A stretch of 64,000 nt of DNA from Promethearchaeota archaeon (GCA_029838195.1 JALGVJ010000038.1:1-64000), one strand, 5' to 3'. Positions 9,141 through 19,367 are shown, counted from the stretch's first letter. The notes: generated by a model from the letters alone, not told the origin. Numbers and translations: made by a program.

Positions 9141-11384
9141 ATGAATTTTAATCTTAATGATTTCATAAAAAATTGCAATAAAACATTACCTAATTATCTT
9201 CACCTACTCTCCAATTCAGGTTTATCTGAAGCGGAGATTAAATTGCGTAAGCGTTTAATTGTTTTATTTCTCAGAGAATATTTTATTAATAATAATACAA
9301 AGTATTATCGTTCTCAATTTAATGTTAATTTTTTCGGGAGATTTTTTTCTGAGAAACTCCAAAAAAGTAATTCTGAATTTTTTCAATTTTCTTTTAGTAA
9401 ATTACAATCCATTCTTAAAGATTACTTCGATTATTTGAAGACACAGAGAATTTTAAGTAGAAAATTACATCAAAACATCATTCGAAATCTTGATGCTAAA
9501 CAAGCGGTTATTAATAAAAAGAATGAGTCTAATAACGATTTAAATTCATATTCATTTCAAGAGGAGAGAGAAGATTTTTCGAAAGAAGTATTTGATAAAA
9601 TGCTTAAAAAATGTGATAAATGGGTAGAGGAATTTATTCAGACAGATTATTTTAAAAATTTAACGAACGAAGAGAAAAAATATATGGATTTCATTATATC
9701 TAGTTTTTTTCAATACTTATATATTTATTTTCTTAAAACGCCCGAACAAATTGATGAGGAGGATTTAGAAGAGATGTGTCTTTTCATTCTCCCGAGAAAA
9801 ATCACAGCAGAGGATTCCTATTTCAAGGCAATAGTACCGGTTTTAACCGGTTTTTTTAAATTTTTAGAAAATAAAGGTATAATTCATAATGCCAATGAAT
9901 TAAACACGAAATTAAATGGAATGCGAGAAAAAATCATGGAAGAGGTAAGAAATCCTAATAATTGGGGAATATCTAAGTTTTTACTCAACAGTGCCAAGGC
10001 GGCAGGAATAAATATATATGACGAGAGAGAGCTTAATGCCTATTTTAACGTTTTAAATGAATTGAATTTAGTACTTCAAAATATAAAAGATCAAGAATTT
10101 TTAACTATAGAAGATGTTGAGGATCTCAAGACTAGTGAAATTATTAAAAAATTACGCACTTTTGGCATTACCTTTGATAGAAAGCAATTTATAGAAGACA
10201 CACGTCGCATGTTTTCTATCTTCGAAATACTGAAAGAATGGAAGGATAAGAATTTTATAAAAGATGACTTAGGTAATTTATACTTCATTTGCTTGGCAAT
10301 TATTGTTTTATGGAATCGATTGTCTCCTGGTTTAGCCAATAGAGAACAGATAATTTCTCAGATAATAGAAGGATATGGGCTGATTAAAGATCATGAAATA
10401 GTTAAAGGATGTAAACTTTGGCTTCAAGTATGGGAGCTCATAAAAGGACGTATCCAACCGGAAATGTCTTCTATCGAGGATTTAGAAAAATTATTCAGTT
10501 GGACAACCTCTATTTATGATTGGACGCTTGATTTATCAGTTGAATTGTATAATGCGGGCGTTGAGGCAAATAAAGCTTTTTTTCTAAAAAGGATAAGATT
10601 TTGTAAAGAAATTCTCAAATATTTTCCTAAATCTGATGATTCTTATCTCCAAAACATTATGATGGATTTAGCTGAAACTTATTTTTTATTAGGTTTAATA
10701 GATCTTGGCGATAAAATGTATCGTATTTTAGTTAAGAAATTTCCTTCATTTACATTTGGCTATATAAGATGGGGGGATCAATATGCTGGAATTTATAATT
10801 ATAACATGGAGCTTTTTAATCCTGAAAAAGCATTGTCTATTTATAAAATGGGGTTAAAAAATGGGAGAGAAGACATAAAAATTCTAAAAAACCACATTGA
10901 AGAGCTTTTATTTTTAAAAAAAGCGCTACCATTTAAAGAGAAAATGCTTTCAGATTTTAAAGCATTTCTATCTAAAAAGAATTTAAGTCAGAAAAATCAT
11001 GAAAAAAAAGTAAAACATGTGGAATTTTTTTTAGATTTTGCTCTTTTTATCTATGATATTGATGATCTTAAAAGTCTTGCTGAGTATAGTCCAGATATTA
11101 TTTTGGAATTCCTGGCAAGCTGGAGCATTGAATATTTAAACCTTTCTAAAACCTCTCAAAAGGAATTGATTAGAAACATTAAATATTATTTCATGTATCT
11201 CTTCAATATAATTCCCTTTTCGGATGAGGAAATGGAAAGAATAAAAAAGCTTTTAAATGCTACTGAATATTATCTTAAGCGTCTAAATGAATATAAAGAA
11301 TTGAAGGAACTAATAGCAACTAATAAATTAAAAATTGATGATCTCTTGAAATGGAGGGAACTCTATACAAAATGGCAAGATTGA
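9141..11384 (+). CDS. Large helical hypothetical protein with TPR-like segment
   Basis: 747-aa ORF. Segments LPRKITAEDSYF, NPNNWGISK and GYIRWGD resemble SEC-C-associated helical proteins, but no SEC-C motif was seen. Confidence 0.6.
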   Translation: MNFNLNDFIKNCNKTLPNYLHLLSNSGLSEAEIKLRKRLIVLFLREYFINNNTKYYRSQFNVNFFGRFFSEKLQKSNSEFFQFSFSKLQSILKDYFDYLKTQRILSRKLHQNIIRNLDAKQAVINKKNESNNDLNSYSFQEEREDFSKEVFDKMLKKCDKWVEEFIQTDYFKNLTNEEKKYMDFIISSFFQYLYIYFLKTPEQIDEEDLEEMCLFILPRKITAEDSYFKAIVPVLTGFFKFLENKGIIHNANELNTKLNGMREKIMEEVRNPNNWGISKFLLNSAKAAGINIYDERELNAYFNVLNELNLVLQNIKDQEFLTIEDVEDLKTSEIIKKLRTFGITFDRKQFIEDTRRMFSIFEILKEWKDKNFIKDDLGNLYFICLAIIVLWNRLSPGLANREQIISQIIEGYGLIKDHEIVKGCKLWLQVWELIKGRIQPEMSSIEDLEKLFSWTTSIYDWTLDLSVELYNAGVEANKAFFLKRIRFCKEILKYFPKSDDSYLQNIMMDLAETYFLLGLIDLGDKMYRILVKKFPSFTFGYIRWGDQYAGIYNYNMELFNPEKALSIYKMGLKNGREDIKILKNHIEELLFLKKALPFKEKMLSDFKAFLSKKNLSQKNHEKKVKHVEFFLDFALFIYDIDDLKSLAEYSPDIILEFLASWSIEYLNLSKTSQKELIRNIKYYFMYLFNIIPFSDEEMERIKKLLNATEYYLKRLNEYKELKELIATNKLKIDDLLKWRELYTKWQD

Positions 11385-11490
11385 AATTATTCAAGAAATC
11401 ATAAAATTATGAGAAAATAGAGAAAAAGGAGAATTTAAAAAAAATGAATATCTCCAAAGATGTAAGACTCTAACTATAAATTTAGATAAA

Positions 11491-11600
11491 ATGTCCTATC
11501 ATCCCATCACTCTCTCCATCGAAGAAATGATTTATCGGAGACAGATTAAGCACCACGGACCCTTGGACACGAAAATGGAAAATCCTCTCCAGGATTCAAA
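11491..11600 (+). pseudogene. 3' remnant paralogous to the 8006-8371 gene
   Basis: IEEMIYRRQIKH versus IEELIYRSQMKH, with matching DNA and the same position upstream of a repeat unit. Confidence 0.6.
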
Positions 11601-11635
11601 GAAAAAAAAAGAGGTAAAAAAAATGATAAAATTTA

Positions 11636-11669
11636 ATTGTCCCCATACACGTGGGGGTGAATGGAAAGT
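11636..11669 (+). repeat. Solitary CRISPR-repeat-like hairpin unit, copy 3
   Basis: ATTGTCCCCATACACGTGGGGGTGAATGGAAAGT; a single C>T change gives a U-G wobble in the stem. Confidence 0.85.
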
Positions 11670-11697
11670 GGGAGAATGGAAGTAAGGGGGAGAGCAC

Positions 11698-11796
11698 ATG
11701 GTTAGTTGTAATGAGTGTGGATTTGAATGCGAGGAGATTGAGGCGGAAGGATTTTATTATTGTCCAATATGTGATGATTTTACCTATTTTTCGTGA
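11698..11796 (+). CDS. 32-aa Zn-ribbon microprotein, copy B (not in the ORF track)
   Basis: MVSCNECGFECEEIEAEGFYYCPICDDFTYFS*; same length and same four Cys as copy A. Confidence 0.75.
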   Translation: MVSCNECGFECEEIEAEGFYYCPICDDFTYFS

Positions 11797-12177
11797 ATAG
11801 GGTCACGTGGAAGGGTTAGGGAGGAGGGAAAAGAAAGACCAGATATTTTTGAGAGTGTTTTAAAAGAGTGAGTGTTTTAGGTGTTTATTGACGATATTTT
11901 TTTACATGTGAATTTAATCGAAAAAACGGTTTCTTTCGAGAAATAGACCGTGAGAGCAGGGATCGTTAGAGGATTAGATGGATGGAAACAGAGAGGGGTA
12001 GATCGGGGGTGATTAGATGCATGGACGCGTGATTTGGGCGGGTGCGATTTTGGAAGAAAGGGTGGATCGCATGGGAGAAAGGGTACGTTTTAAAGGTGAA
12101 TGGAGATGCTAAAAAATTTAAGAGAAGAAGAAGATGATTAAGGTATCATTTTTAACTTTGGGTGATTAGAAGGGAGT

Positions 12178-13227
12178 GTGAGGGTTATTAACGAGGGAGA
12201 GAATAGGCGGCATCTAATCAGCCAGAAGAGAGACATCGATGATAAATATAAAGAGATAATAGACAGATTTATTGACGCATTTGATGAGATGTTAAAGGCA
12301 GGGGAGCGGGGCGTGGAGGTGAAGTGGATTAAGCCGTGGAGTCCACGAGGGGTATTGCATTCAAATATTTTCACGCCATATAGAGCGTATTCCGGGTGTA
12401 ACCAGTTGTTGTGTGATATATATTGTTTAAAACATGGATGGAGTTCAAGGTATTGGATAACTGAGGCCGGAATTAAAAAAGTGGGGGGTAAGGTGCGTGC
12501 TGGTGAGGAGCCTGTAATTATTCTTGGTTTTATTCCAAATTTAATTAGGGTTAAAATGGAGGGGGAAGAAGGGGAGAAATCGGAGCCGGAGGAAATTTAT
12601 GATGTTAGCTATTATATATTGGAGATACCAATTTATAATGTGGAGCAGACCCTGAACGTTCCTCTTCCAAGGCGTCGTGTTATTAAGAAAGAGAATAAGG
12701 CAGAGCGCATTATTGAAAGGATGGCGGATAAACCCCGGATTGTTCATGAAAAGATAGACGAGGCATTTTATAATGTTGTCACGGATACAATTCATTTGCC
12801 TCTTTTAGAAAATTTCAAATCAAGGGCATTTTATTATGATACTCTTTTTCATGAGTTAGCTCACAGTACGGGGCATGAAAGCCGATTAAATCGCAATACC
12901 TTGAATGAAGATGATTATTTTAACGTGCATTTATATGCAGAAGAGGAGCTCATTGCGGAATTGGCGAGCGCATTTTTATCTGATTATTGCGGGATTTCAT
13001 GTGAACGCTTGACAAATAACACCATGGAATACTTGAAGGCGTGGATCACCCGATTAAAAGAATGGAGAAAGCAAAAACCGGAAAAGCTCGCAATATATTC
13101 ATCAATGGCGATGCAGGCTTCAAATTATATTCTTGGCCGAAAGCCACCTAAACGCATCGACTTGTTTAAGCAAAAGCACGGGAAAAAAGTCGTAGAATTA
13201 AGTTTAGAGCAAGATATAGCGATTTAA
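12178..13227 (+). CDS. ardC: ArdC-family antirestriction / ssDNA-binding protein with zincin-like domain
   Basis: WIKPW, YSGCNQL, GGKVRAGE, YYDTLFHELAHSTGHESRLNR (HExxH), YAEEELIAEL. Confidence 0.9.
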   Translation: MRVINEGENRRHLISQKRDIDDKYKEIIDRFIDAFDEMLKAGERGVEVKWIKPWSPRGVLHSNIFTPYRAYSGCNQLLCDIYCLKHGWSSRYWITEAGIKKVGGKVRAGEEPVIILGFIPNLIRVKMEGEEGEKSEPEEIYDVSYYILEIPIYNVEQTLNVPLPRRRVIKKENKAERIIERMADKPRIVHEKIDEAFYNVVTDTIHLPLLENFKSRAFYYDTLFHELAHSTGHESRLNRNTLNEDDYFNVHLYAEEELIAELASAFLSDYCGISCERLTNNTMEYLKAWITRLKEWRKQKPEKLAIYSSMAMQASNYILGRKPPKRIDLFKQKHGKKVVELSLEQDIAI

Positions 13228-13562
13228 AGAGGGGGATGAGGCGGAAAGCGGAGAGAGGGATGAGATTTAAGCATTTGGGATTTATTTACAAAAGTGTTAA
13301 GTGGTCTTAATTATCATGCGATTCGATCTTGAAAGAAATGAATTGTATTATGGGGAGAATTTTTTGGGAAAAAAAAAGGGGAGTGGGCTTAATAGGTTTT
13401 CATGAGAAATAGAATGAGAGTATATAAAATGACATGAATGAAATTATTTTATTGGGAATGGAAAATGTTTTAAAGAAAGAAGATACATTTAAACATTTAA
13501 AACAAGGTAGCACGCGAAGGAGGGTTTTAAGGGGGGTTTTTTCAATTAAAAATAAAACAAGT

Positions 13563-14393
13563 TCATAAATTGATGAGTTCACAATTGTTTTGCCTTAATT
13601 TTATAATTAGTTCTCCCATTTCTTCTGCTGAAAATTCGGTGGTGGCTACCACGAAATATCCCTTGAATTTAACATCGTATAATTTTTCTACGAATATTTT
13701 TTTTCGCAAGAAAGTTTCGATTTTTTCTTTTGTTCTTAAAACGGAAACGATTTCAACGATGACGGGGGGATCGATTGAGAAACCATCTATTTCAACTTCT
13801 GTAATCCCGGGAGAAACGAATTTTTCGGGATCTTGAAGTATTTTCTTTTCTAACCTCACGTTTTCAATGCCTTCACTTTGAAGTAATTTAATGACTACAT
13901 TTCTCCCAAATTGCTCAAATTGTTTTCCAAGGGTTTTTTGTAGACTTTTAAGCATAATTTTTATCTCATGAAAATGGGTTTCAATTGCTTCAAATCGCTT
14001 ATCTGCGGATTCAAATCGCTCATTCATTTGCTTGATGAGATATTCAAATCGCTTGTCCATGGATTCGAATCGCTTGTCCATGGATTCGAATCGCTTGTCC
14101 ATGGATTCGAATCGCTTGTCCATGGATTCAAATCGCTTGTCCATGGATTCGAATCGCTCATTCATTTGCTTGATGAGATATTCGAATCGCTTGTCCATGG
14201 ATTCGAATCGCTCATTCATTTGCTTGATGAGAGCCTCAAATCGCTTGTCCATGGCTTTATTTAATTGAACGATATCTTCATGAGTAGCTACAACGCCAGA
14301 CAATGCGCTAATGATGGCACCTTTAACTTCGTCGCTTTCTCTGATTAATTTTGGGAGAATTTTTAATAATTCATCAATGTTTATATGGCTCAT
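13563..14393 (-). CDS. Coiled-coil heptad-repeat protein with C-terminal PD-(D/E)XK-like domain
   Basis: (MDKRFES)n repeats followed by EVEIDGF...VIVEI. Confidence 0.75.
   Translation of the reverse strand: MSHINIDELLKILPKLIRESDEVKGAIISALSGVVATHEDIVQLNKAMDKRFEALIKQMNERFESMDKRFEYLIKQMNERFESMDKRFESMDKRFESMDKRFESMDKRFESMDKRFEYLIKQMNERFESADKRFEAIETHFHEIKIMLKSLQKTLGKQFEQFGRNVVIKLLQSEGIENVRLEKKILQDPEKFVSPGITEVEIDGFSIDPPVIVEIVSVLRTKEKIETFLRKKIFVEKLYDVKFKGYFVVATTEFSAEEMGELIIKLRQNNCELINL
13990..14255. repeat. Intragenic 21/33-bp tandem repeats
   Basis: GAATCGCTTGTCCATGGATTC units interspersed with CGCTCATTCATTTGCTTGATGAGA units. Confidence 0.9.
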
Positions 14394-14902
14394 CTAAGGT
14401 ATAAAAGAACTTTTTTATAGAAAAAATTTTGTATTAAATTCATTCGGGAAGGTTTAAATTATTTAAAATTAAAACATTGTATCATGAATCGTGTAGGGTT
14501 TGAGACTTGTAGGATGAGGGTGATTTCCTTAAAAGTTTTCGAGGACAATGCGAGAAAAGACATGCAATCATCCCATGGTGAACATTTTTTCCGGTGTTTT
14601 GAATTTCAAGGATAAAGCAGGGGAGGATTCATTTTCTTCTTTTCCCGTTTTCTTGTGATTTTGTTTAGAGCAAGAATTAAATTTGCTGGCATGGTTTGAT
14701 TAATTTAAAACCACGTGTGTTGTTGTTATTCTTTAGATTTAACCTAAACGGATAAAATATACAACCATTAACAGAAAAGGAGGTAGATAATTTTCCAAAT
14801 TTTATTTATTTTAATTTTTTAGAATAACACCACGTATCAATGCACGTGATATATGAAAATAAAAAGAGAAATGTCGTCTTTGATCATTAGTAATATTACC
14901 AA

Positions 14903-17896
14903 GTGTATCGAATTATGAACGTGCATGGAGACATCAGGTTGGATTTAGGTGCCTTGAAGCGAGCAAAACAAGAGTTTGACGTTGAGCATTGGTTTGCTAC
15001 TCTTTTTGATCAATTAAGATTGGAGTATGAAGCCCAGCATCGGATTTTGAAGGGGCGTCCCGATTGTTTAATTGGAGATGTCATTATTGATTATAAATAC
15101 GGTATTTCAGAAAGAGAATTGGAACGTTGGGTTCGTTCAAAAGGCCGTCAATACGTACAAGAATATTTTTCAACACGCGGAAGATATCCCTCGCTTTTAA
15201 TCGTACTCACGGAAGAATACATGTATTATTATCATGATAAAAATCTCGAATTGGAGAGCAAGCGAGCGATTACAGAAAAAACCTTGCTCTCTTTAATCGA
15301 GAGTCTTTTAGATCCCAAGGTATTAGATTCAGAACAGTTTGCCACGCTATTTGGAGTGGATTCGCCGTTGTACGTGTTAGCCCATTCACGATTGAAACGG
15401 CATTTTGAGGAGCGGGCGGGGGAGAAAACCGCATGTTATCAGCAATGGAAAAAACATTTTTCCTTAGCGTACCATGATGAAGATATAGGAAAAGATTTGT
15501 TCTTGCGGCATTCCTATTTGAGCATGCTGATAAAGCTAATTCTTTATCGGGATTTCATGGTGCCTCATGAATATTCGAGAGATTCTTTTAAACAATTAGA
15601 AAATTATTTTGAAATATTAGGAATCTCCTTATTTCATCATGATTTTTTCAGATGGGTAATCAATGTGGAGGGGCTGTGCAATGACTTTTTCAACAAGTTG
15701 AAAACGGTAAATTTTGAAGCCACGGATATTTTTCGGACGATTTATCAAGAAATGATCATTTCGGGCGTGCGCCATCGCTTGGGCGAATATTATACTCCTG
15801 AGCAATTATGTAAAAAAATGATTGAGAAAGAATATGAGATCGGCATGCGGGTTTTAGATTCTTCTTGTGGCTCGGGCACGTTTCTCATTGAGATGCTCAA
15901 AAAAATAGATGGGCATTTTTCTTTAGGAGAGGACGAGGAGCCGCCTGAAGAATGGTTTAAAGCCGTGAATAATATTTTTGGTTTTGATATTAATCCCATT
16001 GCCATCTTAACTTCGAAAGCCAACCTTCTTCTATACTTGAAGAAAAGACGGCCGTGGATAGAAAAAATCTCAATTAATATTTATTTATGTAATTCTATTG
16101 ATCCCTTGAAATTTTCTCCCACGCAAGACATACAGCTCGGAAGATTTTATAGTTTTTGCATCGACCTTTTAGGCGAAGAGAAGGAATTGCGGATTCCTCA
16201 AGAAGCGTTGAGTGCTGAAAATATAGAGTTTTTTCAAGCATTAATTAGAGCCATATATAATGTATGGGAAGATTTTAACCATTTTCAAGATGCTTGGGAG
16301 GCGGGCCTGACAAGACTTCCGGAAGCGACACTGAAATGTTTTTTACAACAAAATGCAAAATTAATAGATTTCCTTCAGAATTTTTTTCATCAACTTTTTG
16401 AGTTAAAAGCTCAAGATAAAGATCATATTTGGTTGTACATTCTCAATAATCTCGTGGGAATACGCTCTTTATTATTGCAAAAAAAGATGGATTTAATCAT
16501 TACTAATCCTCCTTGGTTAACCTATAAGGATGCTGATGATAAGCTTAGAATGGATATGAAACGCATTTCCGAGGAGCTTAATATTAAACCAGGTGCTCAG
16601 AATATCACGAACATGGAGGAGGCCGTGGTATTTTTATATAAAATTCCCGATTTGTACTTGCGTCGAGACGGAAAGGGAAGGGTCGCCTTTGTCATGCCCA
16701 GGTCCTTATTAGTTTCCTCTCAAAATCAACACGCTCGGAGATTTGATCAGTTTGAGAATATTGAATTTTTTGAATTTAATGATTTAATATTTAACATAGA
16801 GTGTTGTTGTTTTTTTGGAACATTCGTACCGAAAGTCGTTAATCGAAGGGAGGTATTTTCTAAATATCCGGCAAGATGTAGTCATTTTGATGCTTCCACG
16901 ATGGTCTTGCTCGAAGTATATGAATTGGAGCCGTACGTGTATTTTGAGCCAAAAAGAGGAGAGAAATATCTTGTTAAAAAATTAGTAAAAAAGGAGGAAA
17001 AGGAAAAGCTACTTCCTTGCTACTTATCTGAGTATTATAATGATTTCATTCAAGGAGCGGATTTAATTCCAAAATCATTATTGCACGTCAAGATCCGTGG
17101 CATTTCCAATGATGGAAAAATTGCGATTATTGATCCGTGGATCTCTCCGCAAGCGAAAGGATTTTGGAAACAAGAGCATTTTTCTCGGGTACGTGTTGAA
17201 ATGGAAAATCTATTCAAAGCCACGTTATCGAGGGGTTTATATCCCTATTATATTGAATTGCATGACATTTTTCTTCCCTTAAATTCCCAATTGGAGTATA
17301 GAATAGACACGCTTGGGCCTTTTAGTAGAAAACATTGGAGGTATATTAAATCCATTTATGAGAAAGAAACGGGGAGGGATCTTTTTGAAGTAGGGATCAA
17401 TTATCGGAATAAATTATGCAAGGAAAATGCCGTGAAAGAGGAGCAGAGAAAATCCTACAAGGTGGTATTTCCCAATGCTAAATCCTTAATGGCGGCTGTT
17501 ATTAAAGGCCCTCAAGGAAGAATTTATGTGGATTCCACATTATATTATTTCGGCACGGACAATGAAAAAGAAGCTTATTATCTTTGTGGAATGCTCAACA
17601 TCACGGAACTCAAGAAAAGCACGAAAATTATTAGCGATACCCGACACCATCATAAACGGCCCCTTTATTTTAATATTCCTAAATATAGAGGCTCGAAAGA
17701 ACAACTCGAAATTGCACACTTGGCAAAAAAATGTTCCGATAAGATTGAATCGCTTGTTAAATCCGGAATTGAAATAAAAATGGCGGCGATACGGGAGCTG
17801 ATCAAGGATGAGCACCAAAAAATTCATGAAGTGGGTATCAAGATTCTTAAAAGCGCAGAAGGAACTCAGATTATAAAAGAATATCTATTAGATTAA
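14903..17896 (+). CDS. Fused restriction-modification enzyme (type IIG/IIL-like; N6-adenine MTase with N-terminal nuclease)
   Basis: GRPD...IIDYK at the N-terminus; GEYYTP, VLDSSCGSGTFL, GFDINP, ITNPPW; TRD-like C-terminus. Confidence 0.85.
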   Translation: MYRIMNVHGDIRLDLGALKRAKQEFDVEHWFATLFDQLRLEYEAQHRILKGRPDCLIGDVIIDYKYGISERELERWVRSKGRQYVQEYFSTRGRYPSLLIVLTEEYMYYYHDKNLELESKRAITEKTLLSLIESLLDPKVLDSEQFATLFGVDSPLYVLAHSRLKRHFEERAGEKTACYQQWKKHFSLAYHDEDIGKDLFLRHSYLSMLIKLILYRDFMVPHEYSRDSFKQLENYFEILGISLFHHDFFRWVINVEGLCNDFFNKLKTVNFEATDIFRTIYQEMIISGVRHRLGEYYTPEQLCKKMIEKEYEIGMRVLDSSCGSGTFLIEMLKKIDGHFSLGEDEEPPEEWFKAVNNIFGFDINPIAILTSKANLLLYLKKRRPWIEKISINIYLCNSIDPLKFSPTQDIQLGRFYSFCIDLLGEEKELRIPQEALSAENIEFFQALIRAIYNVWEDFNHFQDAWEAGLTRLPEATLKCFLQQNAKLIDFLQNFFHQLFELKAQDKDHIWLYILNNLVGIRSLLLQKKMDLIITNPPWLTYKDADDKLRMDMKRISEELNIKPGAQNITNMEEAVVFLYKIPDLYLRRDGKGRVAFVMPRSLLVSSQNQHARRFDQFENIEFFEFNDLIFNIECCCFFGTFVPKVVNRREVFSKYPARCSHFDASTMVLLEVYELEPYVYFEPKRGEKYLVKKLVKKEEKEKLLPCYLSEYYNDFIQGADLIPKSLLHVKIRGISNDGKIAIIDPWISPQAKGFWKQEHFSRVRVEMENLFKATLSRGLYPYYIELHDIFLPLNSQLEYRIDTLGPFSRKHWRYIKSIYEKETGRDLFEVGINYRNKLCKENAVKEEQRKSYKVVFPNAKSLMAAVIKGPQGRIYVDSTLYYFGTDNEKEAYYLCGMLNITELKKSTKIISDTRHHHKRPLYFNIPKYRGSKEQLEIAHLAKKCSDKIESLVKSGIEIKMAAIRELIKDEHQKIHEVGIKILKSAEGTQIIKEYLLD

Positions 17897-17904
17897 ATCT
17901 CATG

Positions 17905-18573
17905 TTAATTACTATCGCATTCTCGTTCCTGAGAATATCGAAAAATTATTTCAATTACTTCTTTCCAAGAGAATATTCTGATAATATTTTTAGCGTGAAT
18001 ATCGGTTTGGTTCCATGGTTGATTGAATAATAACAAATATTTTTCAGGATAATCCGGCATGGCATCAATGAGATAAGGATTATCATCAATAAAAATATCG
18101 TGCTCATGTTTTAATTTGGAATCGGGGGGTGTTTTTTCCACCATGATTAATTCACGATAATGAATAGTTTTTACAATTCCATGGTATTTTAAGATTTCTA
18201 CTAAATTTTCCCGATTTTCTTTTTCTCGTGCCGTAACGATATCAACGGACCACGTTTGATTTAACAATTCCAAAATACGTGGAATATCTTCATCAATGAG
18301 GGGCGCTAAAATTTTATTATTCAGGATTAAATTAAAAGCAGTATCTATTTCTTTTTCAGGAAGGTTCCACTGCAAAAAAGAATCCCATTCTACAATATCT
18401 TGAATGGCATAATTCGTATTAAATTTCTCATTTAAGTAATGGCAAAACGGACTCATGATATCCAAGATCACGCCGTCCACGTCAATGGCTAATTTTAAAA
18501 TTCGGCATTTTTTCTTATTCATTTTCTTGATTGTACTCCATGTTTCATTAATTAAACAATTAAATAATCTCAT
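17905..18573 (-). CDS. HAD-family 5'(3')-deoxyribonucleotidase-like (NT5C)
   Basis: IDVDGVI, IVTAR, IFIDDNP, FNQPWN. Confidence 0.85.
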   Translation of the reverse strand: MRLFNCLINETWSTIKKMNKKKCRILKLAIDVDGVILDIMSPFCHYLNEKFNTNYAIQDIVEWDSFLQWNLPEKEIDTAFNLILNNKILAPLIDEDIPRILELLNQTWSVDIVTAREKENRENLVEILKYHGIVKTIHYRELIMVEKTPPDSKLKHEHDIFIDDNPYLIDAMPDYPEKYLLLFNQPWNQTDIHAKNIIRIFSWKEVIEIIFRYSQERECDSN

Positions 18574-18824
18574 GTTTTGTTTCTAAAAAATTTAAAGATG
18601 GAATGCGTGAGGGGAAAAAAAAAGCTGCATTACCGCAATAAAAATCGTAAAAACGGGTAAAGAGGGATTTATACCACGTCCATGATCTCTTGATTATTAT
18701 ATTTTAAATCGTGAAATCACGAGGAGAAGTTTCCTTCTCTATTAAAAACTGGCTCCAGAAATTTCACGAGAAGATTTGAGATTTTTTAGGAGTTTAAAAG
18801 AGTTAGGGAAGAATAGTAAATGAG

Positions 18825-19367
18825 ATGGAACTTTCATTAGAGAGCAGGACTTCCCTCTATTTAGGACAAAAAGTTGAGATTAAAAGGAAATTTACCAATA
18901 AGGAGATAACCCTCAGCAAGAAATTCGCATCTTATGCCAAAGTTCAACCAGATAACATTATTTTCATTGAGCCGTATATTTTTTTCTTTTTAGAACCGGA
19001 TAAATATTATAAGACAAAATATTTCATTCAAACTCTAAAAAAAGAGTTAGGAAAAAAAATCCGGTTAGTGAAATTCAGAAATAAACGAGATACCCTATTA
19101 GATTTAATTACCTCCCTTTTTCCCGAGATTTTTATCAATGATTATGGATATTATTTCGACTCCAACAACCAAATGGATGTCATCGTGGTAGAAACGCTTA
19201 CTCTTCAAGAGCGAGGGATTGCTATAGGAAGAAACGGCGAATATATCAAGGCTATCAATGCATTATTAACAAATCACGCCTTGTACGATTATCGAACGAA
19301 ATACGTGCAAATTAGATGCGTTCATGGAAACTTACAACATTATATTTATCATAAAATAAAACATTAA
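18825..19367 (+). CDS. NusA-like KH-domain protein
   Basis: ERGIAIGRNGEYIK KH motif and archaeal NusA size. Confidence 0.65.
   Translation: MELSLESRTSLYLGQKVEIKRKFTNKEITLSKKFASYAKVQPDNIIFIEPYIFFFLEPDKYYKTKYFIQTLKKELGKKIRLVKFRNKRDTLLDLITSLFPEIFINDYGYYFDSNNQMDVIVVETLTLQERGIAIGRNGEYIKAINALLTNHALYDYRTKYVQIRCVHGNLQHYIYHKIKH

Noticed and set aside
7950-11669. Calling the three units a conventional CRISPR array
   Set aside because: Spacing is 443 and 3243 bp with genes in between; there are no spacer-length intervals.
13990-14255. Intragenic repeats as a CRISPR array
   Set aside because: The units are contiguous, in frame, and have no unique spacers.
13570-14268. Plus-strand ORFs with HGFESLV / SMDSNRL repeats
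   Set aside because: They are antisense shadows of the in-frame tandem repeats of 13563-14393.
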